A stretch of 63,069 nt of DNA, the filler included, from Craspedostauros australis (taxonomy: Eukaryota), in the NCBI GenBank assembly GCA_030167865.1. It is 11 parts of 11 records of this genome, joined end to end, with 100 filler letters (N's around TTAATTAATTAA, not from the genome) between each part and the next. Parts side by side here need not be neighbours in the genome. Positions count along the whole stretch, not along the records: positions 1 to 18,095 come from JALAGF010000155.1; 10 more parts are not named here. One strand, given 5' to 3'. This document shows positions 1 through 9,445 of the stretch, one piece after another (the first letter of the stretch is position 1; each line of letters opens with the position of its first letter). Position numbers and translations under genes: made by a program. The notes under the pieces were generated by a model, which worked only from the letters and a program-made list of their open reading frames with translations, did not search any database and was not told the origin of the DNA.

Positions 1-358
1 CTGGCATGCTTCTTATTCCATTCAACGATGTCAATTGTTGGAAGAAGTGCGGATGTAGCAATGAGAAGGAGGCCATTGATGCTCATTGATATCCAGTATA
101 CTCTACGATAAGAAGTTCAGGTGATTTTATGGTGGACGAACATACGATGGAAGTATGCTTTTGACATGGAGCAGTGCAACCGAGTGCGTTCCTAAGTACG
201 ATGTACACTTTTGTGCTAATCAAACTCGAGACTGCATTTTCAGAAGTCTACCCTTGTGTCTACTTTGGGTAGACATTGGTCGTCTGTCGTGCATACGTAA
301 GGTTCTTGAGCACACCACAGAGTTCTGTGTGATTTCCAACTATTGTGCGTCCTCCAAG
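1..358. repeat. Dispersed repeat end, identical to 18196-18553
   Basis: CTGGCATGCT...CCTCCAAG matches 18196-18553 at an offset of 18195 (same ORF MLLTWSSATEC at 155 and 18350). The flanks diverge after CCTCCAAG. Confidence 0.9.
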
Positions 359-688
359 CCCAAATCGGAATGATACGAACAATGACAACAATGACGTGAT
401 GTGTTGGAACACGCCGTTGATTTTGTTCGCTCACATTGTAGTCAAACGAGTCGAATATCAATGGTGATTTTCGCGCCAAGTTCTTGACATTCAACGGAAA
501 CAATGACATGAGACGAATCTGCAGAATAGTATGGTACGAGTAGTCCTGATGAGAGTTCCTCGAAGAGAGGCAGTGTGGGTCGTACGAGTACTAGTCGCAA
601 GCAGGAAAATCATACTTCATTGAGTGCGTATCCCTTTCCGACCCAGCTCGTTCTTCAACTCTGCCTGCTGCTTCGTGCGTGCTTCCAC

Positions 689-2362
689 TTATGACATCAC
701 CGCTGCCTCGTCCCCAAACCCGCAACACCGTCGCCACTCATCAATCTGCGTGCGCACGGCTTCCAAAATCCGCGGTGCCGGCAGGCACAATTGCTTATTG
801 CGCGCTACTTTGCGTGACGTCATTGTCTTCATGACCTCGGCCGCCTCTGCTTGCATGTTGGTGCCCAAGTAGACGTAGGAATGATTCAGCAGGGAGATGC
901 GCGCCAAGCGTCCGAAGAAGACGGGATAATCCAATCCCAACGGAAACGATTCGATCAGCGATCCGCACTGCGGCATGAAGAAGGAGCTGGTGGATTGTGC
1001 ACCGTGCGGTGTCACGACGATATCGGCCTGCAGGAAGGTTTCCGCCTGTTGATCGAACGAGAAGGATTCGAAGTAAACGACGGGCGGGCGGTAGGATAAT
1101 CCCAATTCGTCTTGCAACAGCCGCGCGATGGAATCGGGAGCTAGCAAACGACGTGCGCCCTTTCGATTGATGATAACGATGCGCGGCATGGGCAGCGCGT
1201 GCTGCTGTGGTTTCGTGGCATTGCTGGGGAAGAGCGGATTGTCAATGTGCAAGTTTTTGGAGCAAGATTCGATGGCATCGCGATGCGACGAAAGCGATTC
1301 CAACATCTTCTGCCTGAAATCCTTGAGATCCTCCGTATCGGCGATCTTGTATCCTTTGAATTTGGTGGTCACGCCCACGAAGAGCTTGTTGGCATCGCCT
1401 TCGTAGGTCTGTGAGTAGTTCTTGGGCTCCGTGAAGTTGGAGTCCACGATGATGCCCTGCGCCCTGATCATCCTCGTGAGGCCGATGTTGAAGCTGCTTC
1501 CCTTCGCCATGGAATGGTTCTGCATGCCATCCAGCAGCATGACGTGCTTGGAGTTGGGGTACCGACGCCACAACGACCAGCACTGCAGAAGATGCTGCAG
1601 CGTGTGAGGAAAATGGCCAAATACTGAGCCTCCAGCGATGCCACAGGCCACGGTTTCAGGCTGATTGGCGGAGTCGCCCGGTGGGAATTTGCTGAAGTTG
1701 CCGTCGAGGCACCCAATGAATTCATGGAGCGGATCACTGGTTGGGAAGTTGCCGATAAGGTACTGGCCGGGAAGATCAGGATCCGTGATGGTGCAGTTGG
1801 CGTCGGTCGCCTCCACGAAGGCGGCATTGTGCTGTTGTTGCATGATGAAGTCTGGGAAGTACGTAGCGTCTGACGTTGATGTTGTCGACAATGTCGATAT
1901 TGTCGTTGTGGATTGTAATTGAGTCGTTGCTTCCGTGGTTGTTGCTTCCGTGGTTGCTTCTGTCGTAGTTGCTTCCGTGGTTGCTTCTGTCGTAGTTGCT
2001 TCTGTCGTAGTTGCTTCTGTCGTTGTTGCTTCTGTCGTAGTTGCTTGTGTCGTTGTTGCTCCCGTAGTCGTCGGTTGCGTAGTCGTTGCAGATTGCGGCT
2101 CCGCAATTCGTTCCACCTTCATCTGCTCTTCTGCTTGCTGCTCTTCCGTAACTGCAACACCGCCATTGTCATAGTCATCGTCATCATCATTGCGGGATAC
2201 CGAGCTGCTGGCAAACGCTGACTGCTGGGCGTACTGCTTCTCGGGGGCGACGTGGGTCAATTTGGTTGCAGAGAACAACGACATGACGCACAGCAGAATG
2301 ATGAAGGCCGATGACTTCATGATCTTTGTGTGCCGCCCGGTCATGTTGTCGGCCTTCTCCAT
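689..2362 (-). CDS. Glycosyltransferase family 61-like type II membrane protein with Thr-rich stalk
   Basis: N-terminal hydrophobic anchor (AFIILLCVMSLF), TTEAT repeats, then GT61-like motifs GHFPH, RIVIINRK and SFDQQAETFLQADIVVTPHGAQSTSSFFMP..LIE. Confidence 0.8.
   Translation of the reverse strand: MEKADNMTGRHTKIMKSSAFIILLCVMSLFSATKLTHVAPEKQYAQQSAFASSSVSRNDDDDDYDNGGVAVTEEQQAEEQMKVERIAEPQSATTTQPTTTGATTTQATTTEATTTEATTTEATTTEATTEATTTEATTEATTTEATTQLQSTTTISTLSTTSTSDATYFPDFIMQQQHNAAFVEATDANCTITDPDLPGQYLIGNFPTSDPLHEFIGCLDGNFSKFPPGDSANQPETVACGIAGGSVFGHFPHTLQHLLQCWSLWRRYPNSKHVMLLDGMQNHSMAKGSSFNIGLTRMIRAQGIIVDSNFTEPKNYSQTYEGDANKLFVGVTTKFKGYKIADTEDLKDFRQKMLESLSSHRDAIESCSKNLHIDNPLFPSNATKPQQHALPMPRIVIINRKGARRLLAPDSIARLLQDELGLSYRPPVVYFESFSFDQQAETFLQADIVVTPHGAQSTSSFFMPQCGSLIESFPLGLDYPVFFGRLARISLLNHSYVYLGTNMQAEAAEVMKTMTSRKVARNKQLCLPAPRILEAVRTQIDEWRRCCGFGDEAAVMS
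1925..2065 (-). repeat. Coding 12/15-nt tandem repeat encoding (T)TTEA mucin-like linker
   Basis: Repeated GTTGCTTCTGTCGTA / GTTGCTTCCGTG units. Confidence 0.9.
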
Positions 2363-3209
2363 CTTGCTTGTTGCTGTTCTCTTCCAGTGATAGAGATGTT
2401 GTGATCTTGCACTCGACTGGTCCGTTGCGTCACTCCGGTCTGCTATACGACCACTCGATTCACTCCACTTTACTTCGATTGGGTTGTGGTCGATGTTCTG
2501 TCAAAATGGAAGCCCAGCTTTGATTGGCGTCGTTGTTGGAGTGGCTAGATCGTTCTCTTTGCGGAGTCTTCGTGTCCAATCACTTCGTATTCCACAGCAG
2601 CCTTGGGCCTCGATCATGCGGAATTCAGTGTCTCTGCACTCTTGCCGAATCGAGAGGAGATCCCGATGATGTGACCTGTTCGTGTGCTGGTTGCGTCTGG
2701 TGAGCCTTTCTCGCAACAAATGGTGGACTCGCAGAGAGGGTTTGTGGAGACTGGTCCGCTTTTGGTGGTGGTTGTCATGGTACCGCTTCGCATGGAGTAT
2801 GACTGCCGTTGTCTGTGCGGTCATTGAACCGTTTTGTTCGTGAGTTTGTTGTTTTGTTAGTCCCTTCGTGGGATCAGGACTCACGACCAGTCTACGATAC
2901 TCAACAAAGCTAGAGAGAATGAGACCAACTTACTCCGCAATGAATGGATCCTTCCAACCCTATTGGTACAGTAGGCTGGACGCACCCATGCCCAACATCA
3001 ACAACTGAATCCAGATGTAAATATTATTATTGCAAACATAGACATTTGCTTCTCCATGTAGACAAGGCAGGCTGCTGTCTATGAGGGGGAGCAATCCGCG
3101 CCAAGATACTCCAAGTTGAGTTGCACGAGTATGATACGTGCACTACCATGTCCACCACGCCAACCCATTCGCAACCAATGGTAGATGCGAGTGCAACGCA
3201 CACAGCATA

Positions 3210-4763
3210 CTACGCGTGCCCACCAAAATAATCGCGGAACCGCTCGCGAGCCTGCAGCAAGGTGTCGTCGCCCTTGCAGAAGGCGAACCGCAGCAGATTC
3301 GAAGCCAGCGGGACGTTGGGAGACGAATAGAACGCGGACGGCGGAATGGACGTGACGCCGATCTCCTCCGTCATCCACCGGCTCAGAGCCCAATCGCGCG
3401 GCATGGGATGACTGGGCATGGCGGCCGTGACCATGTCGGCATAGCGCTGCGCGTACGGAAACTCGATCGACGATGTGTCGGCCATGATGAAGAAGGCGCC
3501 GGATGGCAGCAGCGGATTCATGCCGGCCAGCTGCAGGCATTGCATCAGGATCTCGCGTTTGCGTTGGTAGCTGTTGGCCAGGAAGGCGTAGTACGAATCA
3601 AAGCCTTCGTACGGCAGCTTGGCTTCCTGCATGCTCAGCGCGATGGCATCCTGCGTGGGCGTGGCGGCCGAGAAGCTGACCCATTGCTGCGTGGATCGCA
3701 CGGCCTGCACCAAGGCATCGGGACCCACGGCCCATCCGACCTTCCAACCCGTGCACGAGAAGGTCTTGCCGGACGAGCTCAGCGTCAGCGTGCGATCCCA
3801 CATGCCATCGATGGTGGCCATCGAGACGTGCTCGACCGGCTTGCCGCCGCTGTTGGGATCCTCAAACACGATGTGTTCGTACACTTCGTCGGCGATCACG
3901 ATCACGTTGGGGTACTTGTCCAGCAACAGCTTGGCAAGGTCTTGCAACTCCTCGCGCGTGAACACCTTGCCCGTCGGATTGTGCGGCGTGTTGAGCAGCA
4001 GTACCTTGGTCTTTTGCGTCAGCTTGGAATCCAGCTCTTCCAGATCCAGGTAGAAGACGGACGATGCCGTGCGCGCTACATCATCGTCATCATCGCGCTC
4101 CCGCAGCGGACAGTAGATGCAGGTACCGCCGGCCATCTTGACTTGCGCCGTGTAGATATCGAAGGCCGGCTCCATCAAGAGCACTTCGTCACCTGGATTG
4201 ATCAATCCTTGCAATGCGCAGTACAAGGCATTCGTGCATCCCGTTGCCGTGGCGATTTGTGTGATGGGATCGATCTCGATGCTGTTCTGCCACCGCTGCG
4301 TGTACTCTTGTGCCAACACCTGCGCCAACGGCAGATGCGCAGCGCTGCGCGCGTACTGATTGGCGTTGCGTTCGAAGGAAGGTTGCGTGGCCTGCGCCAT
4401 GGCATCGATGCAGAACTGCGGCGGATCCCAATCCGGGAATCCTTGTCCCAAGTTGATGGACTGGTGCTGGTTGGCCAACGGTGAGAACTCATGCCATACC
4501 GTCGGCGCGTCCAGTCCGATCATGCGGTCGGCCAGTTGAGCGCAGCACGCCGTGGTTGATGGCAGATCGCAGCGGCATCGATTGTTGCTGCCTTGCGGAT
4601 GCGATCGATGGGAGTGAGAGCGATGCGCTGTGGCGCGTTGAAGGCTGTGTTGGAACGCCTCGACCGGCGTCACAGAAGCGTGGACGATCAACGCAATCAG
4701 CACAATCAGCGCAGCTGATGGAAGCGAGTGCCGATGGCACATCATCATTGTCACCATCGTCAT
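3210..4763 (-). CDS. PLP-dependent class I/II aminotransferase (kynurenine aminotransferase / glutamine transaminase K / YbdL-like), probably plastid-targeted
   Basis: INLGQGFPD, LNTPHNPTGKV, DEVYE and PLP-lysine motif SSGKTFSCTGWKVGW. Signal peptide ending VEA|F is followed by an S/R/H-rich transit-like segment. Confidence 0.9.
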   Translation of the reverse strand: MTMVTMMMCHRHSLPSAALIVLIALIVHASVTPVEAFQHSLQRATAHRSHSHRSHPQGSNNRCRCDLPSTTACCAQLADRMIGLDAPTVWHEFSPLANQHQSINLGQGFPDWDPPQFCIDAMAQATQPSFERNANQYARSAAHLPLAQVLAQEYTQRWQNSIEIDPITQIATATGCTNALYCALQGLINPGDEVLLMEPAFDIYTAQVKMAGGTCIYCPLRERDDDDDVARTASSVFYLDLEELDSKLTQKTKVLLLNTPHNPTGKVFTREELQDLAKLLLDKYPNVIVIADEVYEHIVFEDPNSGGKPVEHVSMATIDGMWDRTLTLSSSGKTFSCTGWKVGWAVGPDALVQAVRSTQQWVSFSAATPTQDAIALSMQEAKLPYEGFDSYYAFLANSYQRKREILMQCLQLAGMNPLLPSGAFFIMADTSSIEFPYAQRYADMVTAAMPSHPMPRDWALSRWMTEEIGVTSIPPSAFYSSPNVPLASNLLRFAFCKGDDTLLQARERFRDYFGGHA

Positions 4764-5434
4764 AGTTGGCTGAAGAATAGATCAGGGTGGAGTGGAGGAC
4801 AGTGAAGCGAAGTATAATAGATCGCAGAGCAGAGTGCTCTACAAAGTAGTCGTTGCTGACTGCATGCAGTTCAGTTTGTTCTCTCCTTTTGTTTTTGTTG
4901 GCCATCGGTGGCCGATGTTTTGACATGATTTGATGTGGTTGGATTTGATGGGACGGAACACCACAAGATCGGCAAATCTTTTTCGAGATGACGAGAACGG
5001 TCTGGGATCTTTTTCGGAGTGCGCTCTTCGAGAACCGTGCAGCCGGAGAAGACACTATCATAAGATCCAGAGAGATCATAGCTTGTCAAACGCACAAGGT
5101 TGGAGACCACCACAAGCACCACTCCACACTTCTGCCTACAATACTTGAGAGTACCATCGCAATGAGACGAGGTCTCTCTACTCTCTAGAATTTATAAGTC
5201 CTGTCCAATAGATTTCTAGTCCTGATGCTTGCACTAACACTTGCACATGTGCATGGAACCAACGTGTTGGTACGCAAGGTACATCTGCGCCTTTGCGGTG
5301 TCTGTCTGCTATGCAATGCTATACCGACAAGGACCCGTCGCGAGGATCACAACACGCTTGATTCTGCATTGGCATGTGTAATATAATAGATGAGGCATCT
5401 ATTCTGCATTGATATCCACTATACCAACGACTGT

Positions 5435-8400
5435 TCAGAGCAAAGAGGACATGGCTTCGATGTCATCCCTCCATTCTTGAAGGCCAATGTCACGGTCATC
5501 TTCCCGCTCAGTGCGTCCTCCGTCATCCACCTCCTGCCTACACTCTTCATCGTGATCGTTTTCGAAATCGCCGTGCGGGTATGTGTTCTGTTGTTTACGA
5601 GTGCCAGTAGTCTCTGTTGCACGAAACAAGTCGTGCACATCATCTTCCAATCCATCGAATGGATCATCATCATCAAAGGAATCGTTGACGGCGTGCTCGG
5701 CATCACCTTCGAGCAGCTGCTCGTATTGATCGCCGCGAGACGACAGACGATCATGTCGCACGAACTCCACCACTTCCGTGCCTTCATCCCCGTCGTCGCC
5801 AGCGTTGCTCCAGTAGTAGTTGTACACTTCCGACCGTTCCTGTCCGGTGTTGGCCATGGTTGCCTGCACCTGCTGTGTTTGTTGCAACGTGTTCTGACTA
5901 CTGTGCGTGGCTGCCGCTGCCGCTGCCGCAACGGTGGATGGCAAGTGGGTGGAAACGATCGTGGCGTCGTCGTCATCCATCAAATCGCCGCCTGCGACGG
6001 ATTCAACGTCAGCCATCATCTTGGATGGTGAAAGGAGCCGGATTTCCTGTCCCATTTCATCATCCGCCTTCAGTGCGTCACTCGCGCTGTCCCCAGTGCC
6101 ACACTTATCTTCGTCATTCTCATCTGTCATTCGTTGGTGGCCGGTGTCGACGGACAACGACCTGGCCTTCCCTGGCGGCCAAACTTTCATGTCCTTTTCG
6201 TCGTCGGAAGGTTTCCAGTCTTTTGCATCGTGCTTGTCCTCGTTCTTGTCCTCGTTCTCAGCTTCGCCTATCCTCCGCTGTTGTGGGAGAACTTTGCTTG
6301 CGGTATTGTCACTGCTTGTATGAAGTTGAGAATGAGGAGGATCATTTGCCGTTGTCATTGGCGTTGGTTCCCCACTGCCACTGCCATCATGATCGTGATC
6401 ATGATGGTTGCTACTTAGCACCACGTTGGAAACCAAATCGGTCGCGGATGAATCACGGGAGATGGAATCATCCTCCGTTGGCAACGTGCTGCGATCCTGC
6501 AGGCACTTACGGCTTCTTGGTTCGGGCCGGACAAGTTGGGGCAGCGAGAAATCGTGCTTGCCGTTGTTGGCAACGGCCTGCGACGGTTCGCCATGAATCG
6601 TCACCTCACGACTTTTGCGGCGCTGCTGCTTCCTGCGTCGTTTGGAGGACGTGAGCAGCGAGGCCTGTTCCAATGCTGATAGAAGCTCGTTCAATTGATC
6701 ATCTCCATCCACGCTTGCAGTGACCACGCTTTCGTTGCCATGTTCTGGGATTGTGAAGCTCCACGATTGACTGGGGCAGCTGTCGGGTGCCATATATCGG
6801 CGTTTGCGTCTTGGTTGTGGCACCACGAGAGAGTTGTCTAACGTCGTGGACTCGTCATCGTCATCATCGTCATCTCCAGGATCGTTGTCATTGTCACCAT
6901 TGCTGTCGAGGTTGTTGTTTGCCACGCCTCGCTCTTCGAGTCGCGATGGTACATCCGCATCCGTGTCATCATCCTCATCATCTTCCGACGACGAGAATTG
7001 GAAGTTCAACTCCTCGCTCAGGCTGGTGGGGAGTCTGCGCTCCCTCTCTGCAGCGGCTTGGAAAGTCAATTCCGAATCGGAGGACGTGCGTGCACGTGGG
7101 ACCATGCGAGGCCCCGGCATCATATCGCCATCGTTCTCATGCCACGATGTACTGCGACCACGTCGCAAGGCACCACCTGCAAATGTGCTCAACCACGTAT
7201 TCCACGGCAAAGGTTTGGATGCAGGAGGATCGGACGGCACCCACGAATCGGAATAGATGCGCTGTCGCGGCGCGGCATCGTCCACCTCGGAACCCAACGT
7301 CCTCGACGATGCCGATTTGTTGTTCAGGAGCAGAAGTTCTGTCGGTACGATGGCCTTCTCGTGCACGGCGTGAAGCATGTCTTCGGACAGCAGGTCGGTC
7401 CACGATTCTTCTGGTTCGATCGCCATGAGGCTGCCGCAGGCGTTGAGGCAGTCCTGCGTAGTGTTGTCGATGGCCATGTAATGCAGCGACGCGGGGCCTT
7501 TGGTTGTTGCGTTCAACAGAAAATCGGTGGCATCCGCGCCGCTGTCATCGGTGACTTCGCTGTGCACCGTTTCCAATTGCAGCTCGTCTTCAGGCTGCAC
7601 GATGCTCATGGTATTCGTATCCTGCAGCACCGTCTTGAGATGCCTTGCATGATCCTGCAGGAGATCCTGCGTCGCATTGCGTGGAGGACCGATAATGTCG
7701 GTGATGGGCATCTGTACTGGTGCGACGACGTCATCACCCGTCAATCTCGATACCTGGCTCCAGTTGCTGGAAACGCCAGCGTCCTTTGGGCTCGCAACAT
7801 CCCACTCGGCATGGGCGCAGGAGGGCCGGCTGAAGACCTGGGCCTTTTGGCGCTGCAGCAGCGATCGTCCCGTTACAACATCCAACCGATTGCTGCGCAA
7901 AGATTGGTTGGATGGTGACAGTGAGCCATGGAAGGTGCTGCGAGGATCGCTCTGGTCGATATTGGAGGTTGTGCAATGGAGTTTCTGTTCATTTCTCGTT
8001 GAACCGAGACGAACCTTCCTGGTTGTATTCGTGTCATGCTGTGGTTGTGATCCTGCGCTTGCGTCTGCGTTGGTGTTTGCGGTTGCGTGGACATGTGAAG
8101 TGGATGATGTGACTGTGCGCGTTGTTTCCGTGACTGTTGGCTTCGTCGCAACATCATCAGAAGAGCGCTGTTGTTGTTGCTTGAGGTTGGATGGAATGGA
8201 CTTGCGCCGACGAGCCTGGAACGTCCTTTGCAGCTTGGCCTGCAGCTTCGAGGCGATGGGAAGGAATGTGCGCAGCCGCTGTCTCTGCGGGTGTTGCTGT
8301 CGGGGTGTTTCCTGCGTTTGCTCGCGCGTGCTGTCATCACTCCTCGATTCGGAATGCTCGATCGATGTGCTCATCGGCACAGCTGACATGCGGAGGTGTT

Positions 8401-8827
8401 CCTCTGTCGCATCCAGCGCCTGCCGATGTTGCCGTTTAATGGTTTGCAACCGTCTAATGAAGGACTGCGCGTCATTCTCATCCTGACTGCTGGCGCAATC
8501 GTCGTAGATGTAATCTTCGGCTTCCAAATCTGCCATGCGGTCAACGTCCAAGCTCATGGTGGATCCCACGGATGTGATGCCATCGTCGTGCGATGCAGTT
8601 TGCTTGTCGTCGTCGATAAGCTTTTGCTTTGAAACGAATGCGGCACCTTCCCATCGCGACCTGCGCCTGCCGCTCCATTCGAAGCTGCCGCTGTCGCTGA
8701 GGTTGCCGCACGTTGATGAATGGTCTTCTACCGCGACGAAGGAGTTGGTCAGCATCAGATCATCTCCGTCCTGCAACAAGTCTTGCGCAAGTTTGGACGA
8801 TCGCTTGGCGGTTCTGTCGGCGATCAT
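5435..8827 (-). CDS. Large low-complexity, acidic/Ser-rich hypothetical protein
   Basis: Open frame of ~1130 codons; first ATG at 8827; no recognisable domain. Confidence 0.65.
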   Translation of the reverse strand: MIADRTAKRSSKLAQDLLQDGDDLMLTNSFVAVEDHSSTCGNLSDSGSFEWSGRRRSRWEGAAFVSKQKLIDDDKQTASHDDGITSVGSTMSLDVDRMADLEAEDYIYDDCASSQDENDAQSFIRRLQTIKRQHRQALDATEEHLRMSAVPMSTSIEHSESRSDDSTREQTQETPRQQHPQRQRLRTFLPIASKLQAKLQRTFQARRRKSIPSNLKQQQQRSSDDVATKPTVTETTRTVTSSTSHVHATANTNADASAGSQPQHDTNTTRKVRLGSTRNEQKLHCTTSNIDQSDPRSTFHGSLSPSNQSLRSNRLDVVTGRSLLQRQKAQVFSRPSCAHAEWDVASPKDAGVSSNWSQVSRLTGDDVVAPVQMPITDIIGPPRNATQDLLQDHARHLKTVLQDTNTMSIVQPEDELQLETVHSEVTDDSGADATDFLLNATTKGPASLHYMAIDNTTQDCLNACGSLMAIEPEESWTDLLSEDMLHAVHEKAIVPTELLLLNNKSASSRTLGSEVDDAAPRQRIYSDSWVPSDPPASKPLPWNTWLSTFAGGALRRGRSTSWHENDGDMMPGPRMVPRARTSSDSELTFQAAAERERRLPTSLSEELNFQFSSSEDDEDDDTDADVPSRLEERGVANNNLDSNGDNDNDPGDDDDDDDESTTLDNSLVVPQPRRKRRYMAPDSCPSQSWSFTIPEHGNESVVTASVDGDDQLNELLSALEQASLLTSSKRRRKQQRRKSREVTIHGEPSQAVANNGKHDFSLPQLVRPEPRSRKCLQDRSTLPTEDDSISRDSSATDLVSNVVLSSNHHDHDHDGSGSGEPTPMTTANDPPHSQLHTSSDNTASKVLPQQRRIGEAENEDKNEDKHDAKDWKPSDDEKDMKVWPPGKARSLSVDTGHQRMTDENDEDKCGTGDSASDALKADDEMGQEIRLLSPSKMMADVESVAGGDLMDDDDATIVSTHLPSTVAAAAAAATHSSQNTLQQTQQVQATMANTGQERSEVYNYYWSNAGDDGDEGTEVVEFVRHDRLSSRGDQYEQLLEGDAEHAVNDSFDDDDPFDGLEDDVHDLFRATETTGTRKQQNTYPHGDFENDHDEECRQEVDDGGRTEREDDRDIGLQEWRDDIEAMSSLL

Positions 8828-9445
8828 GGTGCGATGTGATGCTGTCAAATGCGGTGTAATGCTGTGTGAGTGTTGATCGGAATGTGATTGTGAATGCGGA
8901 TGAAAGTCGATGGATGCTGACGACTCTTGGAGGCAGAGGAAGGGAGCTGGTTTGTCAAATTTCCGTGTTTGGTATTGTATTGTGTTGTATTGAATGCCTG
9001 TGTTGTGTATGCTTGCGGAGCACTATGCTCTATGCACGTGTGTGAATGTGTTGATGATGTCGTTGTTGGTGAGGTGCGACAGTTGTCCAGCGATGATTGA
9101 TTTTGTGTCTTTGAGCCGTTTTGTGTGTGGGTTGTCCGCACAACCCAAAGATGCGGAAATGTGGAAAGGAGCTCCTCATTTTTTGGCGATGAAGTCGCGG
9201 GAGATGGGTCTTGGTTCACGACATGTGGTCATGGTGGTCGAATCGTGGTCGGCTTCAAATCGCCGGACAAACAGGTTGTGAACTTATTATAACCGTTATT
9301 TAACGTCTTGTTCCATCCAACGCAGGGAGAATCGTTCGCGACGGCCATCAAATTCGTCAGTTGTCGCATTGGTCTGTTGGCCGTACATTTGGTTTCCATC
9401 ACCATCTCTCACGTGGAGGGAGAACTGGCCAACAGCCACAACATC

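Noticed and set aside
1919..2221. Cys/Arg-rich (CFCRS)n ORF resembling a metallothionein
   Set aside because: Alternative-frame reading of the TTEAT repeat on the opposite strand.
3138..4484. 448-aa plus-strand ORF
   Set aside because: Antisense shadow of the aminotransferase caused by codon bias; no motifs.
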